Numbered from the stretch's first letter, positions 24,886 through 37,940 are shown. The stretch: 64,000 bases of DNA from Antechinus flavipes (GCF_016432865.1 NC_067398.1:715356001-715420000), one strand, 5' to 3'. Made by a program: numbers and translations. Notes: generated by a model not told the origin, from the letters alone.

Positions 24886-24987
24886 CTACTTCTTCCTCCC
24901 GCCTCTCTCCTTCAGCGCCAGGTGGATCACAGCCCCGTTCGCCATGTTGTAATAGGCCAGCGAGTTGGAGTCTTTGATGAAGATGCC
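24886..24987 (-). CDS. SF3A1: SF3A1 exon 16, coding part
   Basis: GIFIKDSNSLAYYNMANGAVIHLALKERGGRKK* (TAG at 24886-24888). Confidence 0.97.
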   Translation of the reverse strand, partial: GIFIKDSNSLAYYNMANGAVIHLALKERGGRKK

Positions 24988-27900
24988 CTGAAAGAACCAG
25001 TCCCGTGTGAGGGGCAGCGCCCGGGTCCCCTTCCCCTCCCCCAAGCACAGCGGGAGCGAGGGGCCCCCATGGGGAGAGGGGGCGCTCACCTCGTACTGCA
25101 GCTTCTGCTTGCCGGCGGGCATGCCGGTGGCCTCGTGGATCTTGACCTTGATGACAGAGACCTGTGGGACAGAGATGTGGTGGAGATAATACTCTCTGCA
25201 AGGCCTTTCCCCCCCAGCCCCTGACCCCTGACCCCTGACCCTCACCAGCACGTACCTGGTCGGGCAGCGGGAGAGTGAAGACCAGCACTTGTCCATTCAG
25301 CTTCCATTCGGTCTTGTCCTGCATGTTGGGGACCTGAACCTTGATGGTGACTGGACCCTGTGACACAAAAGGGGTCGTTACCCAATGAGGAAACCCCACA
25401 CCTCCCGCCCCTTTGGGGCTGGTTAACTAGATCTGCAAAGGGCCTGAGGCTCCCTAAACAGTCACCCCCCGCCCGGGCGGCAGCCGCGGCCTTGTTGACA
25501 ACAGCTCCCGCGTCGCAGCACGGGAAGGTTTGTCGGGCACTCTGTGCCGATGACTTGTCTCAGCTGATCCTCAGGACCCCCCGGGGGGCAGGGACTGACC
25601 AGGGGAAGCCCACCAGGCTGGGAGATGGGGCCACCCCTGGAGGAGCTCCTGGGGCAGCAGGGGCTGAGCCTGTGACCTGGGGAGGCTTCAGTGCGCCCCT
25701 GGATCCGCCGGGTCAGCGAGGCTGGCTTCTTTCCCTCCGTGAGTAGGACGCCAGGTGCTGCCCGCCTGCTGCCCTGCGCAAGCCCCCACCCAGAGTGGGA
25801 CAGCCACGGCCCCTCAGAGAAGCCTCTTTCCCAAGGGAGCCCCAGCCAGGCTGCGCTACGTGCCTTGTTCCTCCGCAGAAACTCTTCCTCGGGCATCAGG
25901 CTGTCTTCGGTCTTCAGCTTCTTGGACGCGGGCTCCTCCTCCATGGGCGGCGGGGGGTGGACAGGAGGCATGGGGGTCGGGGCCGGGACGGGCGCCACCG
26001 GGGGGGCCGGCACAAACGCTGGGGGCACAAACACACCAGTGAGCCCCTTAGGCAGGAGCTGCCCCGGGATGTGAGCCCGTGCAGGACCCCACATCCACGG
26101 GGGACGACATGAGGGCCCTGCCCAACGCTGCCTGCTGGGGGGCTTCTCTCCCACCCGCTCTTCCAGGACCAGTGGTTCCGACCACGATGGGCGCCGGGCC
26201 ACACGTGCTTTTAACAAGGTTTTAGAGGCCCCGAGTCCCCTTACTGCACGTGGCTGGTACAGATAGAAACCCAGCAGGCCCCTGGAAGCCAGGCCGGACC
26301 TGCCCCGGGCCAGACCTCTACCGTTCTCCTGCCTTGGGGAGTTGCTAAGCCCTGCACTGGGGCTCCCTCTGCAGGCTGGCCCGCCCTTGACTAACTTCCC
26401 GAGTCCAGGGCCTGGCACCTGGAAACGCTCAGTAAACCCTCAGGGACGGAGGTCAGAGCTGAAGGACACCCAAGCCTTTGCCCATGATGTGCCTTAGCAT
26501 CTGGGAGCCCGGGGGTCCTGCCAGGACAGCGCCCTTCTAGTGCAACCTGGCCGAGTGACAGCCGCCCCCCGAGGAGGGGGCTGTTGGGAGGCAGCGACCC
26601 AAGGGGGAATCCCCGAAGGGGATGGAGGGAGGAAGAAGCTTTTCCTGAGCCTCGACTCCCAAGGCCCCAGAATTCAAGGGATCCTTGGGTTTCAGAGACT
26701 GTAGAGGGGGTGGCCCAGGAAGGCAGTCTGGGTAGGGGATGGTCAATGCACTGAGGGAAGGACCCCGACTTCTGCCTTTTCAAGAAGCAAGAGTTTTGCC
26801 CAGAGGGAGCCTCCCCGGGCCCACAAAGGCCAAAGGCTGGCACCCCGATGTGCGGACAAGGCCCATTCTGGCCCCCGGCCAAGGGAGCAGCAGAAACTTT
26901 GCTTCAGCCCACAGCCTGTCTTGTGCAGCCACCCCGCCCTCCCCGGGCACAGCCTGGCCCTGCCACCCCTAACAAGTGGTCATCAGCCCCTCCGGGAAGA
27001 ACCCCGAGGGCTGGAGGCACTCTGACTGTCCCAAGTTCATAGGGTCCCCCCTCCGCCCAGGGAGGGCACCGACCTGTCGGCACAATCATGGGAGGCGGTC
27101 GCGGCGCCATGATGGGCGGGGCGGAGGGCGGCATGGGCACCACGTTGATGCGAGGCGCGTGGATGATGGGCGGCATGGGAGCAATCACCGAGCCCGGAGG
27201 CAGGCGGACCACGGAGGCCATCGGGGGCCGCGGCATGACGGGCACGGCCGAGACCACCGTGGTTCGGACGGGAGGCGGCATCTGCAAAGGGCAGGGGGCA
27301 GTCACGCCAGAGGCCAGCGCCGGGGGCACCGCTTCACCGCTCGGCCTTCGTAGTAAGAGTCCCCTCGTCAGAAGCCTGACGCCCCTCCCTCTCCATCTGA
27401 GGACCTGGGGGATGAGCCGGGGCCCCTCAAAGAGCGCCTCAAGCAACAGGCCCTTGAGGGAAGCAAAGCAGTGACCCCAGAAGTCCAGGCCCTCCTCACC
27501 CCCAGCCCGCTCACAGGCTCGGGCTCTGGCCCTGCCAGCTCTGCTGGGGGCAGGTCTAGGGGCAGCAGAGCGCTGGATTTGGGGTCACAAGACATGGATC
27601 TCCTCCCGCCCGGGCAAAGCCCCAGTCTTGGGGTCCGGGGTAAAGGCCCCTCTGGCTGGCGCTCACCGAGGGGGGGCGGGGCACTGAGGTGATGGGCGGG
27701 GCTGAGGTGGGGATGTTGGGGGCCGAGGACGGAGGGGGCGGCTGAGGGATCTCGTTGGGCTTGCTGGGGCCGATCTTCTCCTTGCTGTCATCCTCCGGCA
27801 CGAGCCCCTTGGCCTTGTGAATGGCCTCGATCTGCTCCTGGAGAGTGATGTTGGCCTGGGCGGCCTGCTGGGTTCGGGCCATGCTGCCCGAGTGGCCGTC

Positions 27901-30900
27901 CCAGGTGACCTGGAAAAGAACACGCCGGGGTCAGGGGAGCGCCCTCCTGCTGGGAGCCCTGGGGGGTGGGGAGGACGGGCTGGGGTCAGGGAGGAGGGGA
28001 GGACGGGCTGCCGCACCTTCTCCTCGGGTTTCTGGATCTCCTCCTCTCCGATCTTCTTGCCGATGGCCGTCTCCTCCACCCCAAAGATGTCGGTACGCCG
28101 CTCGGCCAGCTGCTTCAGGCTGCTCTCGATGTCCAGACCTGAGACACAAACGAGGACAAAGGCGTCACATGGCGCTGCGACCCTCTCAGCGCGAGGGCTG
28201 ACGCTTACACCGGCCTCCCCACAGCCCCGGAAGGTGGGGGCTCCAGGGACTCCCATTTAACTGAGGAGGAGACTGAGGCAGATGGGACGGGGCCCACTCA
28301 GGCAGCCCTGCCTCCCCCCAACGGCTGGGCCGTGATGGCCCCTGGAGAGTGGCCTGTGACCTCAGCCCAAGGGTGGGTTACCCCCTCCCTCTCCCCCCCC
28401 CCCCCAAGTTGAACCCACAGAGGATGCAAACTCTGACGGCATCAGGGCTGGGCCGGACCTCAGCTTCTCATCTTGGGGCCAGACCCACAGGGAGTGACTG
28501 TGACGGGGGGAGGGGGGCCAGGCCCACCGCAGGGGAGTGACCGTGGCCCCGGTCCGGCCTCACCTGGGGCATAGACCTCGTCATCGCTCTGCTTCTCCCG
28601 GATGGAGCGGTCACGCTGCTCCAGCCAGCGCGGGTCCAGCAGGCCGATGCGCATGTGCTCCTGCATCTTGCTGGCCGGGATCTTCTCCCCAGTGATGGGG
28701 GACACCAGATACTCGTCTGGGGCAGGGGCGGGGGGCAGAGGCTTGGAAGCTGCAAAGGAAGGGAGAGGGTAAGCTCTCGGGCAGGGACCCCCCTAACCCC
28801 CGAGCCCAGGGGCAGCAGCCCGCAGCTTCCGTACCTTTGGGGTCGTAGTCTTTGCGGACGATGACCTGATCTGGGGTCGGCGGCAGTGGTGGGGGCATGG
28901 GGGTCTCTGGAGGAGGGGGAACTTTCTGGCCCTCCTCTTCATCATCAGAACCCTGGGAACAGAAGCCTGGCTGATGGTCTGCGTGCCCTCCCGGGGGCCC
29001 GGGGCCGAGCTCCCAGCTACCCTCCCAGCAGGCCCTGGTGCTCCCTGGGTCGGGGGGAGACACTGGTGCTCCCTGGGTAGGGGGGGAGGCCCTGGCTCGA
29101 GAAGCTGCCAGGAGCGGAGCTTCCCTCTTCAGGCAGGAGCCAACGGGCGCCGGGCCAAGCGCTTTCTCCCTGAGTGAATGGGAACAGTGGGGCTCGGGAT
29201 ACAAACGTCCCTGCGGGCATTTCCAGCAGCTGGCACCGGGCGGGCTTCAATGGGGCCTCTCAGGGTGAGCTCTGGGCTGGGAGGCAGAGGGGAAGCCGAT
29301 TCCCACAGGGAGGGGCCCGCTCTCTGCCAGAGGCACGGGCTCCCCCCGGGCAGCGCAGTTGAGGAGACGCCGCGGGAAAGCCCTGGGGACACTGGGAAGG
29401 GCCCCTGTGGGGGGCCCACAGCTACCTCGTCCATGTCCTGCACTTGGGTGTCCTGGTCCAGCTGCGATGGCGGCTCCTCGGTCTTCTCCTGCTTCTGGTC
29501 CTCGTCATCGGACTCCACCTCCATCTCCACTTCCTCACTCTCCCCGAACTTCTCGTAGCGCTCCTGGATCAGGATCCGGGCGCCCAGCTCCTCCGGGGTG
29601 GTGGGAGGTGGGAAGTTTCCTGGGGGAAGGAAGCCCTTGAGTTAGCCCAGGCCGTCCTCCCGGGACGAGCCCAGTGCTCCCCAGGCCAAGCTGGCCAAGA
29701 CCCCGGGGATTCTCGAGGGGGGGGAAGGGGAGCACCTTGCTCATTGGGTTGGAAGTCCACGGTTTCCACCACCACAAAGTCGTGCCAGTCGATCTGGGCA
29801 TAGGCCACGCGCTCCTTCTCCTTCTCCTCTTCCTCCTTCTTCCGCTCGCGCTCCTGGAACTTGGCCCACTCTACCCGGTAGCAGACCTGGAGGAGGAGGC
29901 ATGAAACGAGTCAGGACGACAGAGAGGGCCCGGAGGCGGCCGGCATCACCAGAGGAAGCCCGGGCACAGCCCGGCCGCTCTCTCCCACCTCTCGAGGATG
30001 AGCAGATGGGGCAGCCCCACAAACCCTCTATTAGGGCTGCTCTGTCATGGAGGGTCCCGAGCTGCCCGCTGGGGAGGGGGGCGGTGTGTGTGCTGCCAGC
30101 CTAGAGACACGGCACAGACCTCTGCCCCCTCCATGCCAGCGAGAAAGCCTGGAGGTGACGAGGAGGGCCGGGGGACGCCGCGCCACACTGGGAGGCCCCG
30201 TTCATGAGGCAGCCCCAGGCCTCCCGCATCTGCTTTTCAGGGCGAGTGGAGACCGCGCTTCTGTGCCCCTCCCCGCCCTTGGGCACGACACCCGGGATGG
30301 AAGAAGCCCTGGTCACATGCTTACTGGATGCAGGGCAGACGGCAGCCACAGGAGCTGCCCTCAGGCTCCCCTTCTAATGGGGAGACGGCACATGCATGCC
30401 AGGGGGAGGGGCACAGCTGAGCCTGAGAACGGTTTCTGGGGCTGCCCCCTCCCCCCAGGACCTGCCACAGACTTTGGTGGCCAGCACTTTCTGGGTTTGA
30501 GAACCTGCAGGAGCACTTTCAGGTCCTTAATCGTGGCCCAACAGAGGGGGGCGGCGAGGCAGAAGCCAGGCAACTGACCACACAGGCGTCCAGGTCACTG
30601 GGGAACCCCAGACCCCAGACGGGGAGCTATCAGCAGAGGAGCAGCGCCCCATGAGCCTCCCAGAACCCTCTGATCACTGAGGCTCCTTCTGGCCCGGCCC
30701 CTCCCCCAAACAAAGGCAGCTTCTAACGAGGCAGACAAGCTTACCTGATCCAAAACTTCCCGGGGGTTTTCTGCCTCCTTTTTAAGTTTTGTGAATAAGC
30801 CTTTGGGCGGAATCAAGATCTGCAACACAGTCAGGGTCAAAGAGTCACTAATGGAGTCACGAGGGGCCGGGCAAGGGCTGGAGGCTTACTGGCAGCGTGG

Positions 30901-33900
30901 CTCCTGGCGCCCATCCTGTGCCCGAGGAGGGCCGTGGGGGCGCGGTGCCCAGGCTCTCCTCCAGGTGCATCATCCCCCCCGTGCCCCTAACAGCTCGGGC
31001 CTGGGTCAGCTTCTCTTCCTCCCGACACTCAATCTCTGTCTCTGTCTCTCTGTGTCACTTTCTTCCCTGTCTCTGTACCTACATCGCTCTCCTCTCCGTA
31101 CCCGTGTCTCTCCCTCTCTCACTAATCTCATCTTCCATCACGGACCCGATTCTCTCTGTGCTTCTCTCTCTCGGGCCCCCCATCCCCAGGTGTTTCCTGG
31201 TCATTCCCTCTGGAGGTACAAAGACACCCTTGGAGAAAAGACCTCATTGCTCCCCCCCGGCCTCCGCTCCCCACAGCATCTCTGCCCCCGCTCAGGCTCC
31301 TCCCGGACTCAGACTGTGGCCCTGGCTGCTCATCCTCCCACAAGCCGCCCCACTTCAGTCTGTCGGCCAGTGACTCCTACAGCCCACGCCCAGCCCTGTT
31401 AGGCTCTTCAGTCTCACCCGGCCCCTCTGCCAGCCTCATTTAAGGGGATCTTTCCTAGGGTCCTCAGGGTGGCCCCCAAACCCCTCAGGCGCTCCGGACT
31501 CTGCAGCCCAGGGCACCCTCCGGGCGTCCCCCCGGCCCCTGCGCCTTGTCGCCTCGGACCTTGTGTCCTGTTTCTACCTGCCCAGGTGCCCTCCACTAGA
31601 GTGTGGAGGGGGAGGGGCAGCAGTGCTGGGGTGCCTGGGCGAGGGCGCTGACCGACTCCCCCAGAGGGAGGGTCTCTCTCCCTCCTCACGGTTTCCGAGG
31701 GCCCCCCGCCCCCGTCGGCGGGCACCTTTGTGTACTGCTCCACCAGCTTGGTGAAATAGTTGAAGAGGCTGTGCTGGGGACGCAGGAAATCAAACTGGTA
31801 ATTCCGCTGCTCCTTCTGCATCAGCTGGGTCAGGAACTGGCGCCCGTTGCGGGCCACAAACTGAGCGGTCAGCTTCACCACGTCCAGGTCGAAGGCCGAG
31901 ATGGAGGGGGGGTCAGCGATGAACTCGAACTCTGGGGGGGGCTCCTTGGGCACGATGGTCTCCTGGATCACCTGGGCCTGGACCTGTGCGGAGGGGGAGA
32001 AGACCCGATGCCGACGTGGGCACTCACGGCCCCACCAGCAATGGAGCTTTCTTACAACCCTCCCCTCATACGGGCAGCAGTGGTGAAATAATCTAGCCTC
32101 AACCACTAACTCGCTATGTGAGTCTGGACAAGTCACTTCACCCCATCTGCCTCAAACGGCCCCCAAAGTCTCAGCATACACAGAGAGAAGCTGGGGCCGA
32201 GGGCGACGGGACCACACGGGGGTGACTCCGGGCTAGCCTGGGACCTCCTGCGTGGGGGGGCGGCTGCTCACCCACTGGAGACCACCAGGTCTGCCGCAGC
32301 CCGGCGTGGGGGATGGGCTCCCTTCTCAGACGCCCCCAGCTGCCTGCGGGCTGACAGGCTGGAGGAGGGAGTGCAGCCGCCGGGCAGCGGCCGGGGCAAT
32401 TCCCTCCCGATGCCAACGGCATTACTGTAGCTACAAGAGCAAACGGTCCCCAAGCCCCGGCCTCTGGAGGCCGCCCCGGTGAGGACGGGAGCCCCCATCA
32501 CCCTCCGCTGGGGGAGGGGCCCGGGCCGTACCTTCTGGGGCAGCTGCTGCTGGGAGGCCTGCTGCTGCTGCTGCATGACCTTGGGGATGGCGGCCGAGGG
32601 CTCCTGCGCCTTCCCCTCCTTGAACTCGCTGACCTTGTGCCGGTAGTAGGCATGGTACGGGTCGTTGGGGTTGAGGAAGTTGAACTTGGGGTTGTTGATC
32701 TCATTCTGCCGAATCCGAGCTTCAAACTCCGGGCCGTTCCTGGGAAAGGAGGCGGCGGTCACTGGCCGAGCCCCGGGGAGCTGCAGGCCCCGAGGCGGGG
32801 CCGGGGGTGAGGAGCCCCGGGGGAGCCCCGCGCCAGGCGCACCGTGGGCGCCCGACCCACTGCCCTGGACGGCCGAGGGGGGCAGAATGCGGGGGAGCCC
32901 TGGCCCCTTCTCGCTGTCGCAGGGTCTCTCTGCCTGTCCCTCACTCTCCCCCCGCCCCCATCCCGTTACTCCTGCAGCTCTGCACGGCAGGCCCAGGACC
33001 AGAAGCACCACGCTGGGGCCGGGGCCGCTGCTCCCTTCGGGGCCGCGGCGCTCCCCGACTCCACCATGGGCCTCAAGGCTCCCCCAGGGGACGAGCGGCC
33101 AAAGAACAACCCCCCGGCTCATGAGCTGCTGTGGGATGGAGGGGCTGGCCAAGCTCAGCCACACCCAAGGCAGACACAACCCCGAACGCAGGCCGTTCCG
33201 CCAGAACGATTTTAATGAACTGGTAGAGGCAGCAGAGAAACGATCAGCCCTTGGGTACAAAAGAACTAGGGCCCAGAGTCAGGAGGCCACAAAGCAGCCC
33301 CAGGGATCCTCCACTTTCTTGGGGCCCCTCAGCCCCCAGGTCCACCCATATAGAACCCGGTCCTCGTACAAGTCAGTGAAAAGACCCCGTGCTGCCCCCC
33401 GATGACCCTTGCAATGCCAGGAGAGACCCCGAGCTAACAAATGTGGGGGGCGCACACGACCTACCTGGCTACAAAGCTGGCGGTCTTGTCCACAATATTC
33501 CGGACCTCGGGAGGCGGGTAGATGATGCCCACAACGGGTTTGGAAGGAGTAGAGTCCTCCTTGGAAGCTTCTTCTTCTGGGGGCTGCAAGGACAGTGAGG
33601 GTGAGCAAGGAAGGAGCTGCCTGTAGCCAGGCTGGGGGAGGGGCACGGGGGCCCCTGCTGCAAGGCCGGCGCTGCCTCTCCAGGCCAGGCCTCCCACTCT
33701 TGCAGAGCTGTTAGACAACGAACGGCGAGTGACCTGACCAGGGTCACACAGCCAGGAATGTCTGAGGCCGGATTCAAACTCATCCTTCCAGATTGCGGGC
33801 CGGGGCGCCATCCCCTGTGCCCCAGCTGCCCCAGCCCACTCTGACCTAGTGCTGAAGGACACTCCCCCAAGCCACGCTCCGTGAGGTTTTTCTACAAGAA

Positions 33901-36900
33901 GTTACCTGCAGACCTGCAGGGCTCATTGAGACTACCGGCCTTGAGCACACAGTAGGTGCTTTAAAAACGCTGCATTTCTGGCCACTAAAACAGATGCAGG
34001 GCCCTAACACAAAACTCTTGTTAGAGAAGGGAAAGCTAACATCGTGCAGAAACGGGCAGAAAGCTGAAGCGGGAGCTTTCAGCAAGCCTGGGACACTGAC
34101 TCCACATTCTCAGAACCTCAGGAGCAGCTGCCCCCTCACCCTGCTGTCCCCCATGGGGATGTGTTGGGGGGAGCTGTGTGACATATAGGGAAACCTTATC
34201 AAAACTCTGGACCTCTTGGTTTGATGAGACAAAAAGGGGAAGGAACGGTGGACAAAACTCCCCCCTTTTTCTCCATTCCCTTTCTCCCCCGTATCCCAGA
34301 AGACATGGCTGCCCCCCAGCTCCCCCCACTTCCTCCTTCCACTTTTCTGCCAGGTCTGTTATTTTTCCTCCAATGAATTCTCCCTGTATGGAAGGGTTAA
34401 TTCCTAGGGCAGGAGGCTCAGGATGGTATAGAAACAAAGGCCAGGCCCCCCTGAAAGGGCGACCCACGCGGGGCCATACGGCACCTACACTGCTCCCCTG
34501 GGCCTCTTCGGGCCCCCCCAGCCTGCTCCGGGACCCCATCCTCAGACGGCCCTTGCCACTGTGTTCGCCAGTGAAGAGACAGCTGGGAGGACTCTAGGCA
34601 GGGAGGCTGTAGGGGCAAGGCGCTGACTCAGATTGTTCAGGCCCGAGGGGAGGAGTGCGGGACAAGAGCCCCCATGATCCCACTCCTTACTCTAGGGTGA
34701 GAAGGGCACAGCCCCCATGTACCCTGAGGGAAACATTAGGGGACAAGTTCTGTGGGGGACGATAGGGAGGGGAAGCCTGACCACCCCGGAAGGGGGGTGC
34801 CCAAGGAGGCTTGTAATTTATTAGACATCTGTAGTGGCTGTGCTTTGGGGGACCCAAAATTTAATAAAACCAGGGTCTCAGCGCCAGAAGCTTATGCAGC
34901 GAGGGGGCAGCGGAGGAAGCTGCCGAGGAGGGCTGAGGGACGAAGGGTCCCCGAGCAGCCTGAGGTGCCTCTAAGTCCTTCTCCTTTCAGATTCACCCCA
35001 AGAGACCGAGTCTTAATGTGAGGCGGCCCATTAGCTCGCAAGATGTGTTCCTGCCCCCAGGGACTCGATTACACCGTTCGACAAACATCAGGCGCCCGCT
35101 GGGCCGCGCGCTGAGAAGGCCCTGGCAGACGCGAGCCCATCTCTAGTCAGCTGGGCGGCCGCCAAGGACCAGCCTCCACTGAGGCAGGATTCCTCTGCGG
35201 GGCCAGGTGCCGCCTGCTGGCCGAGAGGCGGGCAATCAACTGGCACCGTCAGGTTGTATCACTCGTACCACGGTGAAATGCAAAGGCGCCGGCCCCCCGG
35301 GGAAGCCATGGCCAGCCCGGACACACCATCTTGTCCACGTGGCTCCTACGGTTTTTCCAGGAGCGACGCGTGGCTGAGAGTGGCCACGAGGGAGATGGGA
35401 ACCACAGGACCGACACTTTGGACTCGCGGCGCTGGAGAAGCCTTGGGAAAGGCCCCTGGGTAGCAAGGAGGTCAAAGCAGTCAGGACTTAAAGGAACTCA
35501 GGTCACTCACTAGAAGGTCAAATCCTGAAGCTGAAATACTCTGGTCCCAAAATGAGGAGCTGGGACTCGCTGGAAAAGAGCCTGATGTTGGGAACAACGG
35601 AAGGCAAAGGAAAAGGGGATGGCAGAGGATGAGGTGGAGAGGGGGGTCTCAAAAGCAGGAGCTCGGACAGCTCCGAGAGACAGTGGAGGAAAGAAGGGTC
35701 CCAAGGTCACAGCCAGAGGAGAGACTGAACAACAACAACGTAACCCAATTCAACAACCGTCCCTGGGTATTTTATGTCAAGCGCGAGGGCGATGTTCTGC
35801 CCTCAAGGAGCCTCCGCAGGGGAATGGGGGGAACAACTCATGCAGTGCTGACTCGATGAAAAAACATGCCCAAAGAAACTCAAAGGAGGGGGGTGAGGAT
35901 CGCAGAGCGTCTTCTTGGAAGCGGTGGCACTGCGAACCACAGAGCCTTCAAGGACGCGGTTATTTCCAGCATCGGTGAGGAGGAGGACCGTGCCAGCCAC
36001 GGGAGACACTGGACAAAAGGCAGGAAAGCAACAGCTCATGCAGGAAACAACAAGGAGCGGGAACGGAGGCAGAGGTTTTCCAGAAGGACCAATGTGCTGG
36101 GGTGTTTTGCTCGACTACATGAGTTTCTCATAAGAAAGGGCTTTGGGGAGAAGAGGTGGCTTAGTGTAGCAACAAAAAAAAATTTCTTACCATGCACAGA
36201 AAAAGTATGGGAGAGGACTCAAAAACAATTCCGTTATTGACTTGTTAAATTTTGTATATGTCTCTTATAGCCATGTAACAAAAATACGACTTCTTGTATA
36301 ATTTTCCCTTTTTACAGGCTGGTACCAGATTTTGTGAAAGGTTTTAAATGTCAGACTGCTGATTATTTTATTCTGGAAGCAACAGGGAGGCCATGAGACT
36401 CTGAGAAGGAAGAGGCGGGGCTGACTGCTTTCTTCCCTTTGGTACTTGGGAGAATGAATGGACAACTAGAAAATGATTAATCACTAACTCTGTCCTAATC
36501 ATATGTCTACTGTATGGGGGATAGAAACGGGAGGCAGTTTCTGCCCTTAGGTAGCTTATCTTCTTTAAAGAGAAATTTGTTTTCTTTAGCTCTAAAATTA
36601 ACACCAAAAAGCGACCACTTCCAGGTATAAAATAGGAAAAAGATAATTATATATGAAACCACAAACACCTGTTGTAGAGTGCTTGCTTTAAAAACAAACA
36701 CACACACACAAATCCAACAAGCTGACAAGAGCTTTCTTCCTTTCTGTCACTTTGCTTCATTTTTCTCATCTGGAAACTGTGAATAACAATATCCACCCCA
36801 AGTACGTGGTAAGATCAAGTGAGATCCTAAGGGCTATATAAGTGCTAGCGATTACTATTATTGTTGTCGTGATTATGAAAGACTTCAATCAGCATCTTTC

Positions 36901-37940
36901 TCTTCTTTTTTTGGCAAGTGAACGAGAGGCCCAAATCCCGCCCATCATCAAAAAACAAGAAAAACCAACCCTTAACACAACACACACAGTAAACAAAGCA
37001 AACCGACAGTACTTGGGGCTGCAAAGCTATTTCACCCTGATTTCGTCAGCCCCCGTCAGCTCTCTCAGTCCCCCTCCCTTGGAGTGGGGGGTGGTCACTA
37101 TCGATGGGCTCCTTTCCAAATTATGCTCCTTCCCCCCTGATGGGAGGGAGGCCGCAGAAAGGGGAAGGCGGCAGCCGGGGAGGGGGTTCTGGGCCGGAGG
37201 GGACGGGGTGCATCGGTGCGGTGCTTTGTGCAGGGGCAGGGGGTTAAGTTTTTAGAGCAGGCTGTGGGGGAGGAATAAGGACGATGGGACAGCACTCGCA
37301 GGACTGGAAAGGGGCAGTGATGCAGGACCAACAGGGGGAAGGAGGGATACTGGCGACAAGTGCCAGGCCTGGAGTCAGGCAGATCCAAAGCCGGCCTCAG
37401 GCGCTCGCTGTTTGACCCTGGTTAAGTCACTTGACCCTCAATTTCCTCATCTTTAAAGAACACGTGGCAAACGGCGCCAGTGTCCTCGCCAAGAAAATCC
37501 CGGACGGGGTCACGAAGAGCGGACCACGACTGAAACGGGTCAATAGACAAGAAGGCGCCTCTCCACCGGCCGGCCCTGGAGGGCAAGCACGGGCTGGGCG
37601 GGTCTGCTCAGCGTAAGCGCGTCCTGGGGCGGGCCGCCGGCACTCGGGCCACGAGGGGGTTCCAGAGCGTCCCACCGAGAGCAGGCCCCGCCCCCGGCCT
37701 CAAGAGTCTGGCTCCCAGATTGCCACGCGGCGCGGCCCCGCCTCCTGGGAGCTGTAGTCCGTCTCCCTCCCTGTCATGGCGGCCCCAAGGCCTCCCGTCC
37801 CTCTCCCCTTCCCTCCCCTCAATAGCTGACAGGGCCCAACCGGGCAGAGGGGGGTTCCCCGGCCGCCAGCCGCCTACCTGCTTGGGCTCCGTGGCAACGG
37901 GCGGCGGCGGCGGCACCGCCTGCACCGGTCCTGCCGGCAT
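24886..37940 (-). CDS. SF3A1: Splicing factor 3A subunit 1 (U2 snRNP; 2 SURP domains, C-terminal ubiquitin-like domain), complete 16-exon CDS, 791 aa
   Basis: Exon lengths 63,119,208,258,75,151,194,118,186,122,243,208,155,102,72,102 sum to 2376 nt, i.e. 791 aa plus TAG. All phases are compatible and the protein is near-identical to recalled human SF3A1. Confidence 0.98.
25090..25161 (-). CDS. SF3A1: SF3A1 exon 15
   Basis: VSVIKVKIHEATGMPAGKQKLQYE; GAG|GTGAGC. Confidence 0.96.
25256..25357 (-). CDS. SF3A1: SF3A1 exon 14 (UBL domain)
   Basis: GPVTIKVQVPNMQDKTEWKLNGQVLVFTLPLPDQ; CAG|GTACGT. Confidence 0.96.
25864..26018 (-). CDS. SF3A1: SF3A1 exon 13 (followed by a GC donor)
   Basis: (A)FVPAPPVAPVPAPTPMPPVHPPPPMEEEPASKKLKTEDSLMPEEEFLRRNK; donor reads AAG|GCACGT. 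Confidence 0.93.
27074..27281 (-). CDS. SF3A1: SF3A1 exon 12 (Pro-rich)
   Basis: MPPPVRTTVVSAVPVMPRPPMASVVRLPPG...PPMIVPT(A). Confidence 0.96.
27667..27909 (-). CDS. SF3A1: SF3A1 exon 11
   Basis: VTWDGHSGSMARTQQAAQANITLQEQIEAIHKAKGL...SVPRPPS; TCG|GTGAGC. Confidence 0.96.
28017..28138 (-). CDS. SF3A1: SF3A1 exon 10
   Basis: (G)LDIESSLKQLAERRTDIFGVEETAIGKKIGEEEIQKPEEK. Confidence 0.96.
28564..28749 (-). CDS. SF3A1: SF3A1 exon 9
   Basis: (A)SKPLPPAPAPDEYLVSPITGEKIPASKMQEHMRIGLLDPRWLEQRDRSIREKQSDDEVYAP(G). Confidence 0.96.
28835..28952 (-). CDS. SF3A1: SF3A1 exon 8
   Basis: GSDDEEEGQKVPPPPETPMPPPLPPTPDQVIVRKDYDPK(A). Confidence 0.96.
29426..29619 (-). CDS. SF3A1: SF3A1 exon 7
   Basis: (G)NFPPPTTPEELGARILIQERYEKFGESEEVEMEVESDDED...VQDMDE; GAG|GTAGCT. 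Confidence 0.96.
29736..29886 (-). CDS. SF3A1: SF3A1 exon 6
   Basis: VCYRVEWAKFQERERKKEEEEKEKERVAYAQIDWHDFVVVETVDFQPNEQ(G). Confidence 0.96.
30745..30819 (-). CDS. SF3A1: SF3A1 exon 5
   Basis: ILIPPKGLFTKLKKEAENPREVLDQ; CAG|GTAAGC. Confidence 0.96.
31726..31983 (-). CDS. SF3A1: SF3A1 exon 4 (SURP2)
   Basis: VQAQVIQETIVPKEPPPEFEFIADPP...LVEQYTK; AAG|GTGCCC. Confidence 0.97.
32532..32739 (-). CDS. SF3A1: SF3A1 exon 3 (SURP1)
   Basis: NGPEFEARIRQNEINNPKFNFLNPNDPYHAYYRHKV...QLPQK; AAG|GTACGG. Confidence 0.97.
33465..33583 (-). CDS. SF3A1: SF3A1 exon 2
   Basis: PPEEEASKEDSTPSKPVVGIIYPPPEVRNIVDKTASFVAR; TTGCAG| acceptor, AG|GTAG donor. Confidence 0.96.
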
